Below, piece after piece: positions 53,309 to 61,262 of a stretch of 64,000 nt of DNA. Source of the stretch: Nemertoderma westbladi. Lineage: Eukaryota; Animalia; Xenacoelomorpha. The notes beneath the pieces were generated by a model. That model did no database searches, was not told where the DNA came from, and saw nothing but the letters and a program-made list of their open reading frames with translations. The DNA lies in the NCBI GenBank assembly GCA_032718475.1, contig JAUCBJ010009083.1, positions 62,001 to 126,000 of the forward strand, given 5' to 3'. A program made the position numbers and the translations under genes. Each line of letters opens with the position of its first letter. Position 1 is the stretch's first letter.

Positions 53309-54169
53309 ATGTTGACCGCGTCAGCCCGCTGCTGCAACCTAACAATTCCGCTTCGAAAACTTCCAAATCTCCATGTATCTGCAGTAATTCGTCCGTTGTC
53401 CACCTTGACTAAGATAACTATACCTCATGTGAAGTTAACTTGTAGCTACAAACTTACCCAAATTCCTCGCGGGTATTTCCTTCGTCAATACAACTCGCTG
53501 TACGATGGTGATAATATTGCGGAGGAAACTGAAACTGATAGGCCTACCGGCACAGATAACCCGGCTATCCACAAGGGTCACTGTAAGTGGTTCAATACGG
53601 TGAAAGGTTGGGGTTTCATAGCGACAGAATCTGGAGAAGACATCTTTGTTCATCAGACTAAAATATTGGCTGACGGATTTCGAATGTTAACGGAGGGCGA
53701 AGAGGTTGAATTCGAACGCCACCTAAACGCGAAATCGAATAGGCCGGAGGCGAGAAATGTTACCGGGCCCGGTGGGGTTAGAATAAAGAGTACGCGGCCG
53801 GAGCGGAGGATGGGGTTCGGTGGAGGGGACGATTATTGGGGCGGGTCTGGGCGAGGGGGCGGCCGTTTCGATCGCAGAGATGACGGATACGATCGCTTCA
53901 GCGGTGGCTACAGCGATGACCGTGGAGGTGGCGGATACGGCCGCAGAGATGGTGGATATGATCGTAGAGATGGTGGTTATCAGCGCAGAGATGACGGATA
54001 TGAACGAAGGGATGACGGATATGAACGAAGGGATGACGGATATGAACGAAGGGATGACGGATATGAACGAAGGGATGACGGATATGAACGAAGGGATGGT
54101 GGATTTGGACAAAGGGGCGGTGAGCGTAGGGGCGGGGAAGGTGGGAGGAATTCGGGTTATAGCGAGTAA
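53309..54169 (+). CDS. Cold-shock-domain (Lin28-type CSD) RNA-binding protein with RGG/DDGYERR tail and putative mitochondrial presequence
   Basis: GHCKWFNTVKGWGFI (RNP1), DIFVHQ (RNP2), GFRMLTEGEEVEF and VTGPGG. Five perfect 21 bp repeats at 53990-54094. N-terminus is basic and free of acidic residues. Confidence 0.9.
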   Translation: MLTASARCCNLTIPLRKLPNLHVSAVIRPLSTLTKITIPHVKLTCSYKLTQIPRGYFLRQYNSLYDGDNIAEETETDRPTGTDNPAIHKGHCKWFNTVKGWGFIATESGEDIFVHQTKILADGFRMLTEGEEVEFERHLNAKSNRPEARNVTGPGGVRIKSTRPERRMGFGGGDDYWGGSGRGGGRFDRRDDGYDRFSGGYSDDRGGGGYGRRDGGYDRRDGGYQRRDDGYERRDDGYERRDDGYERRDDGYERRDDGYERRDGGFGQRGGERRGGEGGRNSGYSE

Positions 54170-55282
54170 TATTGAGCTTTGCCTTTCATTCGACCGGTAA
54201 CCCGCTCATTAAATAGAATTAGTGCCCACTAGTTGACTAGGCCTGTATTTGTACTGACACTATCTACAAAATCAAATATGATGTCACCTCATTGTGGTCT
54301 AGTTTCTACTGTTCTAGAAAATGTAGCTAAAACGTACCATAAATAATCAGTGTGGTGTTTTTCTACATATTGAGTAAGTGAATATCCTTGTTCCTATATG
54401 TCCATTTTTCTGCGGTGCGTGTGGACTGTCACTGTCCTTGCAGCAGATATTTTCCAGGAGCGGCCTGGCGCCAAAATGCAGGTGTTGTACTAAACAATTA
54501 GGATCCTTAATATCTGGACAGGACATAGTATTCAACCTTGGTCTTGTCTTTGGTTTTATTGGTTTGCGGATTAGCTTTGCACAAAATGCAGTGTTAGAGT
54601 TATATTGTGTTTGATTTGTAATTCACAGTTCACACATCCAATATTTGTCATATTTGAATTGTTTGTGCAGACGGTGTACATGTACATTAATTATTATTGT
54701 ACTGACGTCAATTTATGTAGACTGTTGTTTCATATAATTTGCAATGCAATTCCCCGGCTAATAATAGAAAATTAAAAACACCCATAATAACTAAATTAAT
54801 TTATGAGCGTTATTTACAACCTCCACTTTACAACAATTTGTAATAACTGTAACTGGGAATATATTAACTTATCATACTGTATATCGGCGATATCATAAGC
54901 ATCTGCATCACAATTCCTCCACAGTTCTCTCAAACAGTCTCAAAAAAAAACAAATTCATCTACAACCAGACATAATATCGCTATCCCGTTTCATGTGTAA
55001 TTGGACACCTTTCGTTTGTTTGCGTATTTTGTGGGAACCATATTGTGGCTTTTGGATGCCACTGCCAAGACAAACGTGTAAAAAATAATAAATTAAAAAA
55101 TATATTAATATTTAATAAATAAATAAAAGCTATTCACACCATTATTGTCAAAGACTGCTCATATTACAGGGATGGTCGTAATCCCATAAAATTACAGGAG
55201 CCGTTAAAATTACTAGAATCACCTTTTCCTGATTTGTTTTAAACTGGGTACCTAGCAACGCTATCAGCTGATTTCAAAAGGC

Positions 55283-56848
55283 CATATTGCTGATATGGCG
55301 ACAGGAAATAGTGATTTTAGTCATTTTAAGGGCCTTAAAAATACTAGAGTCACTATTTCGGAAGCCCTTAAAACAACCAGAGGCACTATCCGGTAACATT
55401 GACTAAAACTGAGGGGCGCGCCACGAAAATGAGCGAGCTTAGAATACGGGAACCAATCTCCACCTTGCTTCTATCTGTCAGTCTGCCAGGCGGTTGGTCA
55501 GTCGGTCCGTCTAATCTTTAAATGCTAATACAGTAATTTCAGCGAATCTTTGTGATGAAATTAAAACCAAACGAGGTACACAAGTAGTAAGTATATCAAA
55601 GTTTAGAACGTTTTCAGAATTTTGGCGTCGTCCATTTAAATGGTCCGCATCTAGGAGGCGCTAAATATCATTTAGTCTAGGCTTAATAACTTTTGAAAAA
55701 CCTACTCAATTAATTATTAGGTACGGTCAGAAACCCAAAACATCAGCATCGGCTGCTAGATGGCGTTAACACATTTACCGCTAGTATTTAAGTTTTGAAT
55801 TAAGAATATTACATATTAAAATATGATTAAAATAATATTTATTGCTATGACTTTGTATTAATTTCAAACTTCTGTTTCTAATTTTCAAACTCTGTCATAT
55901 TATTTAAGTTGACCTCTAAATTTTCTCCTCCATTAGACGTATGGGTATATGCACCTTCCCCTTTACATTACATGAATGGTATTTACTATTATGGGTATTC
56001 AGTGATCTTTTATTTTTATATTGCTTACCGCAACTAATACATGATTCCATGTTAATATTATATTTTGACGCCAACTACTCCGCCATTTTGAAACTTCGTT
56101 TGTTAACTCTATTAACTCAGTCAGCAGTAACTCCTGCAGTACTCTACACAGTACAAAATTGACTAGCTGAAGAGATACTACTGTACTGTAGTACAGGCCT
56201 ACGTCATACATGCTTGCACAGGGAGGGCAAAAAACGCAATCAAAATTCGTAGCGAAATGAGATGAGGAGAGTAATTAGATCGTAATTACGAAAAACTGGA
56301 AACACTATAAAAGCTAGCTTTCCCTGCCATCCTTAACACGATGCACAAAACTAATAAAGTTCTACTGCACAGATATTATTTCATTTTAATTGTGTATTCA
56401 ATTCAATACTGGGTGACGGCCCGGTCCAAAAAATTCCCAAAGCAGTTCGCTATCCGATAGATATCGCTATCGCTTTAATTTCCAATTCACATTAAAATAT
56501 ACAACAACTGTACAGTATACAAGTACAGACGATTAGGCATCGTTTTAATACAATGAAAGCGAACTACAGTAGCAGTAGCAGTAGGGCTGTAGGTACAGTA
56601 GGTTCTGTATCAATAAAATGAAAGCGAATTCCAATCTAAGCGTTATATAAATGTAATGTACCGGCTGACCAGTGTTTGAGTACTGTAGGGTTTACTGCAT
56701 ACTGATAACTCTCCATTAAATTTAATAATAGTTAGTAATAGTTGTTTTAAGGGGCTCCTGAAATAGTGACTCTAGTATTTTTAAGTCCCTTTAAATAGTC
56801 CTTAAAATTACTAGAATCACTATTTCCTGTCACCATATCAGCAATATG
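55283..56848. mobile_element. Non-autonomous inverted-repeat element with its right arm interrupted by the LTR insertion
   Basis: 55283-55378 is the reverse complement of 56741-56848. Homology breaks at about 56849, the proposed LTR edge. Confidence 0.7.
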
Positions 56849-58125
56849 TGTACGCGCTTTTGAAGACCTTTAGCAGTTTAACCTGCCAAAATTTATATGT
56901 CTTTTGGTTTATAAATATACTTTAGAAGATGACAAATATTTAATACCAATAAACACAACATTAGCAGAAGCCAGCCTAGTGCGCGTCCATTCACCCGCTG
57001 GATAATCCCGGGAGACTGGATTCTGAGGGCTTAAATTATTATTGCAGTGAAGCTTACGGTATTGTATTATTCGATTGATCGTTAATAATTAATTTCTGAC
57101 TAATATTATTTACTTTCGGGAAATATTAACAGTTCCTTTAGGACGTGGCGCTCTATCTAAGTAAACAGAGATATGACTTATACTAATCACAACGGCAAGT
57201 CGGTAAGGCTTATGATTCACGTATGAGGCGCATTCTTTAGGAAATGCTTAGTTATCCATCACAATCATGCACACTACCGGTAACACACAATAGGCCTACT
57301 GCCCACTAATTTGCCGACCGTCAATGATTTTTATCATATATAAAGAGAACAGCAACGGACCAATGTAGTGCTTATCAAATAGCATTAAATTCACTACAAA
57401 CCACAACAATATAAGTCGCAATCGCTATATATAACCCGCCTCTCTAACCTGTAGTGTATCAAGAAAATTGGGAAATTTGGGTTCTTTATATATGTTCTCC
57501 AAATAATATTCAACCAAAACACAACAGTAAACAGCATTAAGACGGTAAGCTAAGATATGATATGACAAGATGTGAACAAAGTATTGTTATGCATTGATAT
57601 GAATCGTATTGATAACAGTCATACGCTCTATAATTTAAGCCTACTAATGTTTCTTATAAAAGTATGAAAACGAATTGACTCTAGAGCCGTTGTTCCTGGC
57701 CTAGATAGCAATAACAACAAAGTATCAAGTAAAAAAACAGTAAGACTGAACACACTCCTTATGATCGACCGAAAAGCTACACGTCGACAGGAAAAATCGC
57801 TCTGATTGGCTCAAGCCAAACAAAGAACCATGCGTCCAATGGCTGTTTCCATGTCAGCAACCAGCTGTTAGATGTCGTAATATGAATCATCACGGCTAAG
57901 CTATGAAAGGTATTTGCCGCATTGCAGGTTTTTTGTCTTACCATGTCCGCTAAAACACGTATATAGCAGAATGACTTTTATGTCCGTTAAAACACCTGTA
58001 ACGGTACCTTGAGGGCGAGGGGAATATTTATACAGTTAGAGAACCTTTTTAGAGTATTCCAGCGCCTGGGGGGAAACTGGATTGCGAAGCAAAGGGCCCA
58101 GTTATATCCCACAGAAGCTTTTACA
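56849..58125 (-). mobile_element. Putative 3' LTR of a BEL/Pao element (~1.28 kb)
   Basis: TGTA...TACA termini with an imperfect inverted match (TGTACGCGCTTTTG vs TGTAAAAGCTTCTG). PPT-like CTGGGAGCGG on the minus strand at 58126-58135. Interrupts a host inverted-repeat arm. The partner LTR would lie outside the window. Confidence 0.7.
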
Positions 58126-58203
58126 CCGCTCCCAGAAAATGGGATTTGAGTCTATAAAATATACAAAATCACAGTTTCTAATATACGTAAATACTCTAAA
58201 CAG

Positions 58204-59640
58204 TTAGTCTTTCTTGCGCGGACGGCGTTTATGCAGTTTTTTAAAGCTAGCAAGAGTCCTTTTCTCTTTGGGGCGAGCCACTTTACAAGGAGGGCTATAA
58301 CTCCTGGGTGAAGGGTGCAATATGATTGCATCAGAGGGTGTAGGATTATGGTCGGTGTATCCGCCAGTCGAAGTACCGGGTTGATTGACATCAACGTCAG
58401 GTGAGAGGGGTCTAACGGCTTTGAGAGCTCGTTTCAAGACAGCCGCTCTTACGGGTCCTTTACGAGTGGTCTGAACGAGGGCCGTGGGTGGACCATAGGC
58501 AGTTAGAAACTTCCTTGGTTTAATGGTTCTTTCCAACTCGCGTTCGCGGGCTCGGTATTCGTAAGGCCGTCGATATACTTCCTGTAACTCAGGGTGTGAG
58601 TTAACAAACAATTCTCCATGACGGATATGATTGATTAAGTTATAGGAATGAAGGTCGCTAGGATTAACACTCCTGAGAAATTTGCGTACGAATTTGGTTG
58701 AAATACATTCTCCGACGCGCTTCAGTAGCTCGTAACTTGATATGCGTGATTTCTGTTCAACCGAAGTGAATAGATAAGGATGTAACGCATAAACTCCTTC
58801 GTAAGCGCGTCCGGGATAATAGCGATGGCGCGAATCACAATATAAATCAGTGTTCGCTTCCCAAGCTCTGATGTAACGTAGTGTGATCATTTCATCTACG
58901 CTTTCCAAATCGTGATTAAAAGGGCAATCGAAACTGGCATGTCCCTTTAGTTGACAATGGTGACATTGAGTCATAAATTGAGGGCAAACCGCAAAAATGT
59001 GCAAATTATTAAATCTGCAATACGCGCAATAAATTTCCATCGCCGGTTGTTCGTGGAAATAGGAACAGCGGACGTTTGTGTCCATGGGCGTAACATGGTC
59101 TCTCGATGCGCATAACCGACAACGTTGCCGAGAAACATAGTTGGCATGGCGATAATCGTACGCAGTGAGACACTGTGGACTTTGATACCATTCTAGGATG
59201 TAATCGTTGTCGCTGTTCCGAGCGCGATAGGCTGAATCTCCTCAGATTCTAGACATATTGGTTCGTCTTCCCAGTCTGTTACGAATAGAATTTTCGTGAT
59301 CTATTCTCGGTTTATCGTTACGACGCCGCTGGGTATGATATTTAAATAGAACCATTTCCCTTTCGGTGTCTACATCGTCCGTATCATGTAAATCGATAGG
59401 ATGGCCGGTAGTTAAGAAGTCCATATACGTACCATTACGATGCGTATAGCGAGCGGTTAATTTTCAATAGTCCAATTCACGCGTAAGTTGCTCTTGGGAC
59501 ATCGGCGGTTCGATATAACGACCATCGTCCTCCGTAATAGTCGGATCGGCTTCACCGCGTATCAAGCTATCCACAAACGCTTGTAAAGGTAGAGTATATC
59601 ACTCTCTAATACCAAGGTCATCTTCTATCAATTCCGTCAT
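58204..59640 (-). pseudogene. Accessory ORF2 of the LTR element: zinc-knuckle-like protein, 478 codons with three in-frame TGA (distal 293 aa open)
   Basis: ATG 59640, ORF 59242-59424 and ORF 58204-59085 share one frame. Motifs CRLCASRDH..C, CAYCRFNNLHIFAVC and CHHCQLKGHASFDC. Basic C-terminus KKLHKRRPRKKD. Confidence 0.65.
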
Positions 59641-60465
59641 ATCTGCTATCTGAGTTTATTAATATCAATATAAGTTAATATTTTAGGCAAGCGGGCGTCG
59701 CTGCCTACTAGGCTTTTGCCCCCGGACAGTGGGTTTCTCAGCGCCGATGTACCGCTGTCGCAGTGTTTACGCCAACATGTAGCAACAGCACGACAACGAT
59801 AACCGGCACAAGTCCCACCACTGTCCGTCCCAAAGGCTTGAATCCACTTGAGGTTATCTCGGTAGAATTAGGGCTATTTTACAATTGCGATTAGCTACTG
59901 TAAACACACTTTAGTAGTAACATTCACCTATAAACGCACAAATTCCATACAATCATTGCTTACTGCACACATGCATGCCATTTGTCCGTTAGTCAGTGTC
60001 TTCCAGAATGTCACGTTATTACTATGTATCCTTGGATACTAATAGTGCGCTATATATACTCTTATGCTACGCAATGGGGCAAGCCTTTTATTGTTCCTTT
60101 AACTTGCTTCTAATTCTAGCGTGGGTGTTGCCATGGTGACATTATGGAAAACTAGCGGTAGAATTAGGGTAATTCTCATGCATACAGATCTGGGATGTTA
60201 TTTAATAGTAATTCTTTAATTGTCAATATCCTCTTTATGCATGATTTTATAAAATTTATCGGTTATTGACTATATATTGGAGATTCTCGCACTCTAGTAC
60301 ACTCAATATGAATCTCCGCTCCCATGATCTATTAATTACTGGAATTTTGGGAATGTTATAAATTGCACAAAATGACAATTTATGAAATTCATTTGAATAT
60401 GAATTTAATTTATTCCCGTGAATTTTATTATTTGATGTTAAAATTGACACAATTTGATTCCAGAG

Positions 60466-60745
60466 CAGGTCTGGGGACATAGGATCCTTAATTCTATGAA
60501 ATTTGTCTTTTAAGAGTATCGGTAAGGGCTACGATATCTTAATCGACTAGAATTGTTAACGGATCTGAATTTTACAGATTTTAATAAATATTAAATTAAT
60601 ATTTAGGATGGGCACCGATTTATTCCAGAACTTGTCTGGGGACGTTAACCACTGATTCTAGAATTTGTCTTTCAAGTATATCGGTGGGTGCCACGATATC
60701 TTAATCGACTAGAATTACAGATGGTCAAAAAGTTTAACAGATTTA
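60466..60745 (+). repeat. Two ~165 bp-spaced imperfect direct repeats in the LTR element's inter-ORF region
   Basis: GTCTGGGGAC...AATTTGTCTTT...ACGATATCTTAATCGACTAGAATT occurs twice. Confidence 0.8.
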
Positions 60746-61262
60746 TTTGCGAATTACGCTACTGTTAAAGGGACATCACGCTACTATATGTATTATTTGT
60801 TATAAGGTAGAAGAGCAATATCGCACGAAGCAATGTCAGTGTGAAGAGGCAAGTCGTTTCCAAGGTCTACCCAGAGCTTGGTTTAGCCGAGACACGAGGA
60901 TCTGAACTTTGCATTCCTAATACTCTGCCTACCAATAATACTTGAATATAGTAGTGGCTTTATTGTACTTTAAGAAGTACGGACATTTCATCTTACTGTA
61001 GTCACGTATTTATAATATGATACGGACAGTAAGGGAAGAGAAAATAATTATTTCTCGCCGTCGCACTAAATATATATTATAAGTAATTATGTACGTAATA
61101 AACACTAATATATTGCACTAATTTACTAAATTTTCTAAAATAACATTTTACTAAATAAAATTAAAGAAAACGATTATAATAAAATTACATAATAATACAT
61201 ACATAAATATAAAATAAAAACAAATATAAAATGATATAGCCACACGCCCACTCCATATGTTA

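Noticed and set aside
53309-54169. Calling the CSD gene lin-28 or a Y-box gene
   Set aside because: It has no CCHC knuckles and lacks Y-box-specific CSD residues, so orthology cannot be shown here.
57745-57760. Alternative LTR start at TGTTCAG after AAGGAG (minus)
   Set aside because: The 58125 boundary gives a better terminal inverted match, a better PPT and closer proximity to the ORF2 stop.
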